Positions 10,377 to 20,157 of a DNA stretch of 64,000 bases are shown here, piece after piece. Position 1 is the stretch's first letter. The number at the start of each line of letters is the position of its first letter. Position numbers and translations under genes: made by a program. Source of the DNA: Deltaproteobacteria bacterium (GTDB lineage: Bacteria; Desulfobacterota; GWC2-55-46); NCBI GenBank assembly GCA_019912665.1, contig JAIOIE010000021.1, positions 135,679-199,678 on the forward strand. The letters run 5' to 3'. The notes beneath the pieces were generated by a model that was given only the letters and a program-made list of their open reading frames with translations, did no database searches and had not been told where the DNA came from.

Positions 10377-11999
10377 TCAACACACCCCGCACCGCGTGCA
10401 CTTTCCCACGATACACGGCGGAGTCGTCTTTCCGGCAAGCCCCTTCTGATACTCCTTCCAGAAATAGTCCTTATTGACCCCGTGGTCTATTATGTCCCAG
10501 GGTAATACTTCGTCCCTGCTTCTTGCATGGTATACCGACTCCATGATAAACCCCTCTTTCCCTTTTATCGCCCTCTTCCAGCCCTTTTGAGAAGCCGCCT
10601 CGATTATTTCTCCGGCCCTCCTGTCCGCCCTTGAAAGATAGGCCTGCACGAATGCCTCTTTTGCCGGCATGTCCCTCACGGTTATCCCAGCCTTCCCCAG
10701 GGCCTTATTCAAAGTCCGCTGTCTCCCCTCGATGACCTCAAGGGGGGCGAACGGGTGCCACTGGAAAGGGGTGCACGGCTTCGGGACAAAAGGATTGACG
10801 CTAAGGTTGACCTCCCCGCCCTTAAGCGCCTTTCTTATATTAATCGAAAGGTCGATTATGCCCTGGACGTCCTCGTCTGTCTCTCCGGGGAGGCCGAGCA
10901 TGAAATAGAGCCTTACCCTCCTGAACCCGGCCTCGCTTATGAGACGGACCGCCTCCATTATGTCCGCGTCCGTGATGCCTTTATTTATTATGTCCCTCAT
11001 CCGCTCGGTCCCGGCCTCGGGCGCAAGTGTCATGGTCCTGTAGCCGGCTTCCCTGAGTAGCGCAAGGAACTCTTCGTCAAGCTCATCCAGCCTGAGCGAT
11101 GAAAGTGTGACGGTCGTTTCCTTCCCAATGCCCTTTTTAAGGAGTTCCTTTATCTCCGGGTACTCGGAAACCGCCGCGCCGACAAGCCCCACCTTCCCGG
11201 CCCTTTCAATGCCTTCGTCCATAGCCTTTGCCACGGCCCCGCTTTCGCGCATCCGGGGCGGGAGGTACAGGAACCCTGCGGCGCAGAACCTGCACCCCTT
11301 GCCGCAGCCGCGCTCGACCTCCAGGCAATATGTCTCCTTGAACTCGGTATCGGGCGCATAGACGAAGCTACGCGGGACAGGGAGCCCGTTAACATCAACC
11401 GCCTTGGCCGCCTTTACAACGGGCTTTGCGCCCGGCCTGGGGCTTATCCCTGCTACGGCCGCCCCGTCATAGGTGAAATCATAAAAGGAGGGCACGTAGA
11501 CCCAGTCGAACGAGTCGAGTGCATCGAGCGTTTCTTCCCTGCCCCGGCCCAACTCAATTCCGTGCTTGAGCATACGAAGGACCGGCCCTAACACGCCCTC
11601 GGCCTCGCCTATCAGAAAGAAATCCACGAAGTCGGCAATCGGCTCAGGGTTTAGCGAAACCGCCACACCGCCCGCGGCTATAAGCGGCCCCTGCCCCTGC
11701 CTTTCAGCGGCCCTGGGGTTTATGCCGGCGAGCCTCAATATTCTTATGAAATTGGCGTAATCCTCTTCAAAGGGGATTGCGAAGGCTATTACGTCGAAAT
11801 CCGCTAACTGTTTCTGCGACTCGTAGGAGAGTAGCGTTGTAGCGGTCCTCTCATGTTCGAGGAGGGCGTCTTTATCGGGCAGGAAGGCCCTCTCGCATAC
11901 GCAGTCGTCTACATCGTTAGCTAGCATGTAGACCGACTGGAAGCCCAGGTTAGCCATGCCGACGCTGTACGTGTTCGGATAGACGAGGGCAAGCCTCAG
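10377..11999 (-). CDS. Radical SAM protein, paralog of the TIGR03960-like enzyme (no DUF2344 domain); start codon uncertain
   Basis: The ORF track gives 10377..11957 (526 aa) with the motif ERGCGKGCRFCAAG. The conserved N-terminal block LRLALVYPNTYSVG lies upstream of that ATG, in a frame with no ATG/GTG/TTG. Candidate starts are CTG at 11999, or ATT/ATA further upstream (to about 12035). Confidence 0.7.
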   Translation of the reverse strand: MRLALVYPNTYSVGMANLGFQSVYMLANDVDDCVCERAFLPDKDALLEHERTATTLLSYESQKQLADFDVIAFAIPFEEDYANFIRILRLAGINPRAAERQGQGPLIAAGGVAVSLNPEPIADFVDFFLIGEAEGVLGPVLRMLKHGIELGRGREETLDALDSFDWVYVPSFYDFTYDGAAVAGISPRPGAKPVVKAAKAVDVNGLPVPRSFVYAPDTEFKETYCLEVERGCGKGCRFCAAGFLYLPPRMRESGAVAKAMDEGIERAGKVGLVGAAVSEYPEIKELLKKGIGKETTVTLSSLRLDELDEEFLALLREAGYRTMTLAPEAGTERMRDIINKGITDADIMEAVRLISEAGFRRVRLYFMLGLPGETDEDVQGIIDLSINIRKALKGGEVNLSVNPFVPKPCTPFQWHPFAPLEVIEGRQRTLNKALGKAGITVRDMPAKEAFVQAYLSRADRRAGEIIEAASQKGWKRAIKGKEGFIMESVYHARSRDEVLPWDIIDHGVNKDYFWKEYQKGLAGKTTPPCIVGKCTRCGVC

Positions 12000-12266
12000 C
12001 TTTCCTCCGTGCTCCTTGTAGGCGGTCCCGCGCTCGATTGAGAGCGCCTCCCTTATCTTTTTTTTAATGGACCAGGATATTGTGCTGCCTCCGGGCGATA
12101 ATACAAAGCATCCTTGAAATTATCCCATAGCGGTGGCGGGTTTACAAGGCGGGAAGGAGGGCAGGCCGCGCCCTCTGGGAAAAGCAGGCGAGGGCGCGGC
12201 GAAAGAACCCGGAATCGATTCTGTCCTTTTCTTATTACGGCCACAGCCTCTTCCGGCGGGCAAACA

Positions 12267-12404
12267 GCAACTCTGAAAATTAGAGATTTTTCCCGCAATC
12301 AAGGAAGGCCGGGAATAAAAAGCGGAGCATATATTAATAATATATGAGCATTTTTATTCCCGTAACTACGCAGAGTCCGGGAAAAAGATCAATTTTTAAG
12401 GTCA
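12267..12404. repeat. MITE-like nested palindromic repeat, full copy 2
   Basis: A 59-nt stretch (AAAATTAGAGATTTTTCCCGCAATCAAGGAAGGCCGGGAATAAAAAGCGGAGCATATAT) is identical to copy 3 by my reading. The right end overlaps the ftsZ stop codon (12402-12404). Confidence 0.75.
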
Positions 12405-13565
12405 GTCCGCCTGCTTCCGGAGGAACGTCGGCGTATCGTAAAGGTCCTCGTCGTCCACGTTGAAGCCGCCGAGCTTGCCGAGCCTCCTTATCTCCGTGCT
12501 CTTCAGCTCATAGCCGCCCCTGTCAAGGCCTTTCCTCAATACCGTCGGCACGTCGAGGTTGTCGTCGAGGACCATGGCAGGGGCGATCACCTCTTTTTGG
12601 CGGCCTTCCCTGCCGAAGCCGGTGGCGATAACCGTGACCCTGACCTCCTCGCCCATCGACTCGTCGATGACCGCGCCGAAAATGATGTTCGCGTCCTCGT
12701 GCGCCTCCTCGTGTATGAGGCTCGACGCCTCGTCAACGTCATGGATGGTCATGTCCGAGGAGCCGGTGATGTTTATGAGTATGCCCTTGGCGCCGCTGAT
12801 GGAGATGTCCTCGAGGAGAGGCGAGGAGATGGCCTTTCTTGCGGCCTCGGCGGCCCTGTTCTCGCCCCTTGCGGAGCCGCTTCCCATGAGGGCCTGCCCC
12901 ATCTCGGACATGATGGTGCGGACGTCGGCGAAATCCACGTTCACGAGCCCCGGGATGGTGATGACGTCGGATATTCCGCGTACGGCCTGCAGGAGCACCT
13001 CGTCGGCCCTCCTGAACGCGTCCTTGAGGGAGGTGTTCTTGTTCGCGACGGAAAGGAGCCTCTGGTTCGGGATGGTGATTACGGTATCGACGACTTCGCG
13101 GAGCCTTTTCAAGCCTTCCTCGGCCTGCCTCATCTTCTTCTGGCCCTCGAAGGCGAAGGGCTTGGTGACGACCGCGACCACTAGCGCGCCCGCTTCCCTC
13201 GCGGCCTCGGCGACTATGGGGCCCGCGCCGGTCCCTGTGCCCCCGCCCATTCCGGCGGTGACGAATACCATGTCCGCTCCCCGCACGGCCTCCATGAGAT
13301 GGTCCTTGCTCTCAAGGGCCGCGTTCCTGCCGACCTCGGGGTTTGCGCCCGCGCCGAGGCCCTTTGTGAGGCTTCCGCCGAGCTGCACCCTTATGCTTGC
13401 GAGTGATTTTTCGAGAGCCTGGCTGTCGGTATTGGCCGTCATAAACTCGACCCCGTCAAGACCGCTCTCTATCATGGTGTTCACGGCGTTCCCGCCGCAG
13501 CCCCCGACCCCGATGACCTTGAGTTTCGCGCCGCTGTTGAAGTTCTCGTCCATTTCAATCACCAT
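12402..13565 (-). CDS. ftsZ: Cell division GTPase FtsZ
   Basis: Motifs seen are [23 protein letters not shown] and NVDFADV. The ATG at 13565 is preceded by GGAGG at 6-nt spacing, whereas the ORF track starts one codon earlier at a TTG. Confidence 0.97.
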   Translation of the reverse strand: MVIEMDENFNSGAKLKVIGVGGCGGNAVNTMIESGLDGVEFMTANTDSQALEKSLASIRVQLGGSLTKGLGAGANPEVGRNAALESKDHLMEAVRGADMVFVTAGMGGGTGTGAGPIVAEAAREAGALVVAVVTKPFAFEGQKKMRQAEEGLKRLREVVDTVITIPNQRLLSVANKNTSLKDAFRRADEVLLQAVRGISDVITIPGLVNVDFADVRTIMSEMGQALMGSGSARGENRAAEAARKAISSPLLEDISISGAKGILINITGSSDMTIHDVDEASSLIHEEAHEDANIIFGAVIDESMGEEVRVTVIATGFGREGRQKEVIAPAMVLDDNLDVPTVLRKGLDRGGYELKSTEIRRLGKLGGFNVDDEDLYDTPTFLRKQAD

Positions 13566-13638
13566 CAACCACCTCCTTGAATATCCGCCGCCGAGAGTAT
13601 TTTATAAACCGTTCCGATCCGTCCGCGCCCTTAAGGAT

Positions 13639-13700
13639 TACTGAAAAGCCTGTTGGGGGAAACTTTTTACAAAAAGGTTCCCTCAAGAGTCTTTTCAGTA
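13639..13700 (-). other. Nested inverted repeat in the ftsA-ftsZ spacer
   Basis: A perfect 10-bp inverted repeat, TACTGAAAAG (13639-13648) / CTTTTCAGTA (13691-13700), encloses GGGAAACTTTTT / AAAAAGGTTCCC (1 mismatch). Confidence 0.4.
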
Positions 13701-13707
13701 AATCTCT

Positions 13708-14946
13708 TTAGAAGAACTCCTTCATCCAGCCTTTCATCCTCGTTGAGAGCTTGTTGAAGAGGGTGCTGTCGGAGCCCCTCATGAACTGGGTGCCGTTAAG
13801 GTGCCTGCCTCCGTAGAGGACGAGACCCACGCCCGTCGAGTACATGGGGCCCTTCACCACGTCCACGAGCCCGGTTATCCCGATGGGGAGCCCCCGCCTC
13901 ACCGGGAGGTTGAAGACCTGCTCCGCGAGCTCGGTTATGCCTTCCATCGCGGCCGTACCGCCCGTGAGGACGACCCCCGAGGAGACCAGGTTCTCGTACC
14001 CGGACTTCATTATCTCGCGCTTTACGAGCTGGAATATCTCCTCTATCCTCGGCTCGATTATCTCGCAAAGCATGTACCTGGAGACGGTCTTCGAGGTGTT
14101 CCCGCCGACGCTCTGGACCTCCATGACGTCGTCCCTCGATACCATGGCGGTCATGGCGCACCCGTGCTCGCGCTTGAGCTTCTCCGCCTCGTTCGCGGTA
14201 GTGCGCAATCCAACGGAGATGTCGCCCGTGACCTGATTTCCGCCGAGTGAAATTACCGTAGTATACTTTATTGTGCCGCCGTGGTAAAGGGCAATGTCGG
14301 TCGTTCCGCCGCCTATGTCGACCAGCACGACGCCTATCTCCCTCTCATCGGGATTGAGGACCGCCTCGCTCGACGCTATCTGCTGGAGCGCGATGTCCGC
14401 GACGTCGAGCCCGGCCTTGTTCGCGCATTTTACGATGTTCTGCGCGGAGGTGACCGCGGCCGTGACTATGTGCACCTTCACCTCGAGCCGTATCCCTATC
14501 ATGCCCAGCGGCTCCTGTATGCCCTCCTGGTCGTCCACTATGTATTCCTGGGGGATGACGTGTATCACCTCCCTGTCAGGGGGTATGACGACCGCCTGGG
14601 CCGCCTCTATCACGCGGTCTATGTCGGCCTGGTTTATCTCCCTGTTCTTTATCGCGATGACGCCGTGGCTGTTGAAGGCGCGTATGTGGCCGCCGGCTAT
14701 GCCGCAGTAGACCCTGTTTATCTCGCACCCGGCCATGAGCTCTGCCTCTTCAACCGCCTTCCGGATGGACTCGACCGTGCTCTCGATATTCACGACCACG
14801 CCCTTACGGAGCCCCTTGGAGGGGTGGGTGCCTATCCCGATTATCTCGACCCCCTCCCGGGTCTTCTCGCCCACTATGGCGCAGATCTTGGTCGTGCCTA
14901 TGTCGAGCCCGACGATTATGTTATCCCTTTTCGCCATTCGCCTCAC
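13708..14946 (-). CDS. ftsA: Cell division protein FtsA
   Basis: The 412-aa ORF has actin-like ATPase motifs (VGLDIGTTKICAIVGE, VDIGGGTTDIA). Confidence 0.95.
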   Translation of the reverse strand: MRRMAKRDNIIVGLDIGTTKICAIVGEKTREGVEIIGIGTHPSKGLRKGVVVNIESTVESIRKAVEEAELMAGCEINRVYCGIAGGHIRAFNSHGVIAIKNREINQADIDRVIEAAQAVVIPPDREVIHVIPQEYIVDDQEGIQEPLGMIGIRLEVKVHIVTAAVTSAQNIVKCANKAGLDVADIALQQIASSEAVLNPDEREIGVVLVDIGGGTTDIALYHGGTIKYTTVISLGGNQVTGDISVGLRTTANEAEKLKREHGCAMTAMVSRDDVMEVQSVGGNTSKTVSRYMLCEIIEPRIEEIFQLVKREIMKSGYENLVSSGVVLTGGTAAMEGITELAEQVFNLPVRRGLPIGITGLVDVVKGPMYSTGVGLVLYGGRHLNGTQFMRGSDSTLFNKLSTRMKGWMKEFF

Positions 14947-15760
14947 CGCCTCTCTTTACAACGTCGGTTGCGAACCTCACCACCACCTCGCGGTGGTTGT
15001 TGAGGTCGAAAGCCTCTATGCCCCGGAGCACCCCGTCTCTTGTCCCGAGTATCCTCTCGAAGGAGAGGAGCTTCTCCTCGAACCCGTCCAGGCCTACATC
15101 GAGCCTCACACCTTCGTCGAGCGTGAATATCGAAAGCCCGTGCGCCGGGTCGACGCTTATCTCCGATACGCCTGTTATATTGAAACCGCTCCGGTTATTC
15201 AACAAAGATATGAGCTCAAGGAGACTGCCTTCTATCTCGTCTTCTTTCTCTCCAAGCCTCTCGGGAAGGAAGCCGGTCACGACCGGGAGATCAAGCCCCT
15301 CGTCCTCCGCCGAGTACCTCTTGAATATTATCCCGCGCGCGTCCATAAGGTACAAACCGTCCGTCTTTACGAATACCGCGGGCCGCCTCTCGGTTATCTC
15401 TATAACGACCTTGTCCGGGAGCTTTCTGTCGATACTCGCGGACTCTATCCAGGCGTTGGCCTTCAGGCTCGATATGACCTGGTCCTTGGAGAAAGAGAAG
15501 AGGTTCTGCCCCTCCTTGAGGCCTGAAAGCCCTATTACCTCCTCTTCCGTGACCCTCTCCGCTCCTGTTACGCTTATGCCGCTTATGCTGAAATAGCCGG
15601 AGGTCATAAGCTTCCCATGCGCCCACCATGAGCCGAAGGCGAGAAGCGGGAGGGGGAGCGCGAAGGCAAGGACCCTCAAGGTCTTCCTTACAGCGCGGTC
15701 GGCCCGAAGCCTGAAGGGCTCCTTAAGCCTTCTGTTCCTTTTTTTGATTACCCTCTTCAT
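14921..15760 (-). CDS. ftsQ: Cell division protein FtsQ (POTRA domain)
   Basis: The 279-aa ORF has a single TM segment and then a POTRA-like region (ISGISVTGAERVTEEEV). It sits between ddl and ftsA. Confidence 0.85.
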   Translation of the reverse strand: MKRVIKKRNRRLKEPFRLRADRAVRKTLRVLAFALPLPLLAFGSWWAHGKLMTSGYFSISGISVTGAERVTEEEVIGLSGLKEGQNLFSFSKDQVISSLKANAWIESASIDRKLPDKVVIEITERRPAVFVKTDGLYLMDARGIIFKRYSAEDEGLDLPVVTGFLPERLGEKEDEIEGSLLELISLLNNRSGFNITGVSEISVDPAHGLSIFTLDEGVRLDVGLDGFEEKLLSFERILGTRDGVLRGIEAFDLNNHREVVVRFATDVVKRGGEANGEKG

Positions 15761-16677
15761 CAGTACTTATCCAGCCCCGCGCCCTTCAATATCTCCTCGA
15801 CCAGAGCGGGGTAATCCATGCCGGCCGCCTCGGCAGCCCTCGGAAGGAGGCTCAACTCGGTCATACCCGGGACCGTGTTAACCTCCAGCACATAAGGGGT
15901 ACCGTTTCCGCCGAGCATCAAATCCACCCTGGCAGCGCCCGAGCACCCGAGCGCCCGGTATGCGGCAAGCGCCTCTTTGGCCGCCCTTTTATCTACCGCC
16001 TTCGCAATCGGCGCAGGGACCAGGAAATCGGTCATACCCTTCGTGTACTTGGCCTTGTAATCGTAAAAGCCGCCCTTTCTGGGCCTTATCTCTATGGTCG
16101 GAAGGGCCGTGCCGTCCAGTATGCCTATCGTAAGCTCTCTTCCTTCTATGTACTTCTCGACGAGCACGCCGCCGCGGAAGCTTTCTGCAAGCTCCAGGGC
16201 CTTTTTAAGCCCGGACCTTCCCTTTACGATGCTTACGCCTATTGCCGAGCCCTGGCACGCGGGCTTTACGACGAGCGGAGGCCTTAGCGTAACCGCGCCC
16301 TTGCCGCTATAGACGAGAGACTTCGGGGTAGACACGCCGTGGCTCTCCATCACCTTCTTGGCGACTACCTTGTCCATCGCCATGGCAGAGGCCCTTACGC
16401 CCGAGCCGGTGTATGGTATGCCCATTACCTCGAGGAGGCCCTGCACGCAGCCGTCCTCCCCGTGGCGGCCGTGAAGCGCTATGAATGCCACATCTATCTT
16501 CCCGGCCCTGAGCTTCGCCGGGAGGTCTTTGCCCGCGTCGATTGCAACGGCCCTGTAACCCTTTTCAAGGAGCGCGCCCAGGACGGCACTGCCTGTTTTG
16601 AGGGAAATCTCCCTCTCCTCGGAGGTCCCGCCCATGAGGACGCCTATCTTCTTCTTTTTCAGTATCCCGGGCCTCAA
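15760..16677 (-). CDS. ddl: D-alanine--D-alanine ligase
   Basis: The 305-aa ORF contains IGVLMGGTSEEREISL, HGRHGEDGCVQGLLE and an ATP-grasp C-terminal region ending in LEVNTVPGMT. Confidence 0.95.
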   Translation of the reverse strand: MRPGILKKKKIGVLMGGTSEEREISLKTGSAVLGALLEKGYRAVAIDAGKDLPAKLRAGKIDVAFIALHGRHGEDGCVQGLLEVMGIPYTGSGVRASAMAMDKVVAKKVMESHGVSTPKSLVYSGKGAVTLRPPLVVKPACQGSAIGVSIVKGRSGLKKALELAESFRGGVLVEKYIEGRELTIGILDGTALPTIEIRPRKGGFYDYKAKYTKGMTDFLVPAPIAKAVDKRAAKEALAAYRALGCSGAARVDLMLGGNGTPYVLEVNTVPGMTELSLLPRAAEAAGMDYPALVEEILKGAGLDKY

Positions 16678-16680
16678 GGC

Positions 16681-17622
16681 CTAATCCTCCCCTATTACCT
16701 TTATCTCGGGCTCGAGCACGATGCCCTTCGAGCTAAAGACCCTGTCCCTTATGAGCGCCATGAGCGTGAGCACGTCCTTTGCCTTTGCCCCGCCGGTATT
16801 CACTATGTAGTTTGCGTGCGCCTCGGAGACCATGGCCCCGCCCGAGCGCTCGCCCTTCAAGCCCGCCTCCTCTATGAGCTTCCCGGCTATCTTGCCCTCG
16901 GGGTTCTTGAATATGGAGCCCGCGTTCGGGGAATGGATCGCGCTCGAGGCCTTTCTCCTCTCCCTGAACTCCGCCATCCTCCCCTTTATCTCCTCGGGGT
17001 CGCTCTTCCGGAAACGCATATGGGCCCTTGTGACTATCGCCCCCTTCGGGAGCTCGGCCCTCCTGTATGAAAAATTGAGCTCGCTTTTTGGAATGAAGCC
17101 CTTCTGCCCCTTCCTGCCTATCACCTCTATGCCTTCGACCACATCGGCCATCTCGCCGCCGTATGCGCCGGCGTTCATCATTACCGCGCCGCCCACTGTC
17201 CCGGGGATGTTGACCGCGAATTCGAGCCCGGAAAAGCCCCTGTCCCTGGCCTGCGTAACGAGCTCCGGAAGCTTCACCCCGGCTCCGACGATGGCCTTGC
17301 CGTCGTCGAGCCAGCTCGTGTCCTTGAAGCCCTCGCACATATTTACTACTATGCCCCGCACGCCGCCGTCCCTCACGAGGAGGTTCGTGCCCGCGCCAAG
17401 TACGTGGAACTGGAAGCCCTTGGACTCGGCAAAGGCAACGAGGTCCTTAAGGTCTCCCTCGTCCTGCGGGAAGGCCATGACGTCAGCCGGGCCGCCTATC
17501 CTGAACGAAGTGTGCTCGCTCATGGGCACGTTGAAAAGCACCTTGCCCTTGAAGCGCTGTATGAAGAATAACGAATACTGCATGGAATTCCTGTCTTCCC
17601 CCTTGCTCCTTCCGGCCTGCAC
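16681..17622 (-). CDS. murB: UDP-N-acetylenolpyruvoylglucosamine reductase
   Basis: The 313-aa ORF contains FRIGGPAD, GAGTNLLVRDGG and SIFKNP motifs. Confidence 0.93.
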   Translation of the reverse strand: MQAGRSKGEDRNSMQYSLFFIQRFKGKVLFNVPMSEHTSFRIGGPADVMAFPQDEGDLKDLVAFAESKGFQFHVLGAGTNLLVRDGGVRGIVVNMCEGFKDTSWLDDGKAIVGAGVKLPELVTQARDRGFSGLEFAVNIPGTVGGAVMMNAGAYGGEMADVVEGIEVIGRKGQKGFIPKSELNFSYRRAELPKGAIVTRAHMRFRKSDPEEIKGRMAEFRERRKASSAIHSPNAGSIFKNPEGKIAGKLIEEAGLKGERSGGAMVSEAHANYIVNTGGAKAKDVLTLMALIRDRVFSSKGIVLEPEIKVIGED

Positions 17623-17624
17623 GG

Positions 17625-19010
17625 CTACGCGCCCGCCCTGCTCTTAAGCGTATTTACGAATGCCACCCCGGCCTTCCAGACGTCGCCGGCCCCGAGCGTT
17701 ATGACCATGTCTCCGGGCTCGACTACGCCGGATAGATGCTCCGGGAGCTTCGCTATATCGGGGACGTATGATACGTCCTTGTGGCCGTAGGCCTTTACGC
17801 CCTTATAGAGCGCTTCGCCCGATGCGCCCTCGATCCTTTCCTCGCCAGCTGGATAGACCTCGGTGATAATTAGCTTCTCCGCGTCGTTGAAGGCGGAGAG
17901 GAACTCGTCAAAGAGGTCCCTGGTCCTCGTGAACCTGTGCGGCTGGAATACGGCCACGACCCTCCTCGTCCAGCCACTTCTCGCGGCCTTGAGGACCGCC
18001 TTAATCTCCTCGGGGTGGTGCCCGTAGTCGTCGACCACGGTTATACCGGCGGCCTCTCCCCTCAAGTGGAAACGCCTTTCAACGCCGGTAAATCCTTCGA
18101 GCCCGGCCTTTATCCTCTCGAAAGGTATCTCGAGCTCCCTTGCCACGGCGACCGCCGCAAGCGAGTTGTAGACGTTGTGCTCGCCCGGCATATTGAGAGT
18201 TATCTCTCCCAGGCGCGTGCCGCCGTTCCAGACCTCGAAAGAGGTCCTCATGCCGTCCGGCGTTATCTTCTTCGCGTGGAAGTCGGCCTGGGCCGTGAGC
18301 CCGTAGGACCTGAACCTCCTCGTTATCTTCGGTATGAGCCCCTGTATGACCGGATGGTCCAGGCATATGACCGCGCACCCGTAGAAGGGGACCTTGTTCA
18401 TGAAATTGAGGAACGCGCCCCTGACCTCCTCCATGTCGCGGTAGTGGTCCATGTGCTCCCTGTCGATGTTCGTGACGACGGCTATGGTGGGCGAAAGCTT
18501 AAGGAAGCTCCCGTCGCTCTCGTCAGCCTCGGCCACGAGGAAGTCCCCGCCCCCGAGCTTCGCGTTCGCGCCGAGACTATTGAGCTTCCCGCCCGTGACA
18601 ATGGTCGGGTCCATGTTCGCCGCCGCGAGTATCATCGATACCATCGAGGTCGTCGTGGTCTTCCCATGCGTGCCGGCTATGGCTATCCCATACTTCATCC
18701 GCATGAGCTCGGCGAGCATTTCGGCCCTGGGGATTATGGGTATCTGGCGGGATTCGGCCTCCCTTATCTCCGGGTTCTCCTTTTTCACGGCAGAGGAATA
18801 GACGACGCAGTCGGAGCCGACGACGTTTTCTTCCCTGTGGCCTATAAAAATGGTCACGCCCAGGCTTTTTAGCCTCCTCGTGGTCTCGCTCTCGGCGAGG
18901 TCCGAGCCGGTCACCTTGTACCCCATATTAACGAGGACCTCGGCGATGCCGTTCATGCCGCTCCCGCCGACCCCTATGAAATGTATCTTCTTTATCCTGC
19001 CCCTGTACAC
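17625..19010 (-). CDS. murC: UDP-N-acetylmuramate--L-alanine ligase
   Basis: The 461-aa ORF contains [18 protein letters not shown] and [11 protein letters not shown] motifs. Confidence 0.95.
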   Translation of the reverse strand: MYRGRIKKIHFIGVGGSGMNGIAEVLVNMGYKVTGSDLAESETTRRLKSLGVTIFIGHREENVVGSDCVVYSSAVKKENPEIREAESRQIPIIPRAEMLAELMRMKYGIAIAGTHGKTTTTSMVSMILAAANMDPTIVTGGKLNSLGANAKLGGGDFLVAEADESDGSFLKLSPTIAVVTNIDREHMDHYRDMEEVRGAFLNFMNKVPFYGCAVICLDHPVIQGLIPKITRRFRSYGLTAQADFHAKKITPDGMRTSFEVWNGGTRLGEITLNMPGEHNVYNSLAAVAVARELEIPFERIKAGLEGFTGVERRFHLRGEAAGITVVDDYGHHPEEIKAVLKAARSGWTRRVVAVFQPHRFTRTRDLFDEFLSAFNDAEKLIITEVYPAGEERIEGASGEALYKGVKAYGHKDVSYVPDIAKLPEHLSGVVEPGDMVITLGAGDVWKAGVAFVNTLKSRAGA

Positions 19011-19033
19011 CGCTTCACCTCTGCTTGGCGCCT

Positions 19034-20152
19034 TTAAGCCGCCCCTTGTGGTAGTAGTCTCAAGAAGTTTTCCGCTATTTCCTGCGCGGCCCTGGGCCTG
19101 CCCATTGCCTTCGACCTTTCCCGCATGAGCCTCAATGCCTGGCGGTCGTAGTAGAGCCTTTTTATGGCCTCGGCGAGTGTGGCGCCCGTAAGCTTGTCCT
19201 GCCTTATCATCACCGCGGCCCCGGCCTTCTCAAGGCACCCGGCGTTAACGGCCTGATGGTCGTCCGACGCGAAGGGATATGGTATCAGTATGGCCGCGAG
19301 CCCCGATGCAGTTATCTCCGCAAGCGACGTCGCGCCGGCCCTGCATACCACGAGGTCAGCGGAGCTGTAGGCGGCCCCCATGTCCTCTATGAATACCGAG
19401 ACCTCGGCCTTGAGGTTCTTTCTCCTGTAAGCGGCGACTACCGCATCGTAGCCTTCCTTCCCGGTCTGGTGCGCTATCCTGAGGCCGCTCCATATGTCGG
19501 CCAGGAACTCTATGGCGTCCAGGAAGGCTGCGTTGATGGCCGTAGCGCCCTGGCTCCCGCCGAAAACGAGTATCGAGAACTTGTCCGCTACCCTCCTGTC
19601 CTCGAGCTTCCTTACGATATCCCTTCGCACCGGGTTGCCGCTCAATATCGTGCGCCCGCCCGGGAAGTACCTCCTCGATTCCTCGAATGAGATGTAGACC
19701 CTGTCAACGAACCTGCCGAGGACCCTGTTCGTGAGCCCAGGGAGCGCGTTCTGCTCCAATATGGCCGTCCTTATCCCCAAGAGCCTCGCCGCGGTCACGA
19801 CCGGCGCCGACGAATAGCTCCCGCTCCCTATCACCCCGTCCGGCCTCATTGAGCGGAAGTGCCGGAGCGCCTCCATCGTGGACCTCGCGGCCTTTACGAC
19901 CGCCCTTATCCGCCCGAACCCCTTCCTCCTCTTCAAGCCCTCGACGTTGAAGACCTTTAGCGGGTAGCCGTATTTCGGGACGACCTTCTCCTCCAGCCCG
20001 CCCCTGCCGCCCATAAAGGTTATGTCTATGCCGGGGTCCCTGCGCCTGAACTCCTCGGCGAGTGCGATGGCTGGAAAAAGGTGGCCGCCGGTCCCGCCGC
20101 CCGCGAAGACAAGCCTTAATCCCTTTTTTTCCCTTCCTTCCCGGCGCTCCAT
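19034..20152 (-). CDS. murG: Undecaprenyldiphospho-muramoylpentapeptide beta-N-acetylglucosaminyltransferase
   Basis: The 372-aa ORF contains [13 protein letters not shown] and a C-terminal GT28 region. Confidence 0.95.
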   Translation of the reverse strand: MERREGREKKGLRLVFAGGGTGGHLFPAIALAEEFRRRDPGIDITFMGGRGGLEEKVVPKYGYPLKVFNVEGLKRRKGFGRIRAVVKAARSTMEALRHFRSMRPDGVIGSGSYSSAPVVTAARLLGIRTAILEQNALPGLTNRVLGRFVDRVYISFEESRRYFPGGRTILSGNPVRRDIVRKLEDRRVADKFSILVFGGSQGATAINAAFLDAIEFLADIWSGLRIAHQTGKEGYDAVVAAYRRKNLKAEVSVFIEDMGAAYSSADLVVCRAGATSLAEITASGLAAILIPYPFASDDHQAVNAGCLEKAGAAVMIRQDKLTGATLAEAIKRLYYDRQALRLMRERSKAMGRPRAAQEIAENFLRLLPQGAA

Positions 20153-20157
20153 CCCCC

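Noticed and set aside
12053-12347. Small ORFs (81, 77 and 60 aa) between the radical SAM gene and ftsZ
   Set aside because: They run through the MITE-like repeat and its flanks. The sequences are Arg/Pro-rich, and no ribosome-binding site is evident.
12559-13644. 361-aa plus-strand ORF covering the whole ftsZ locus
   Set aside because: It is antisense to an unmistakable ftsZ. The Ser/Ala/Pro/Thr-rich low-complexity translation is typical of open antisense frames in GC-rich genes.
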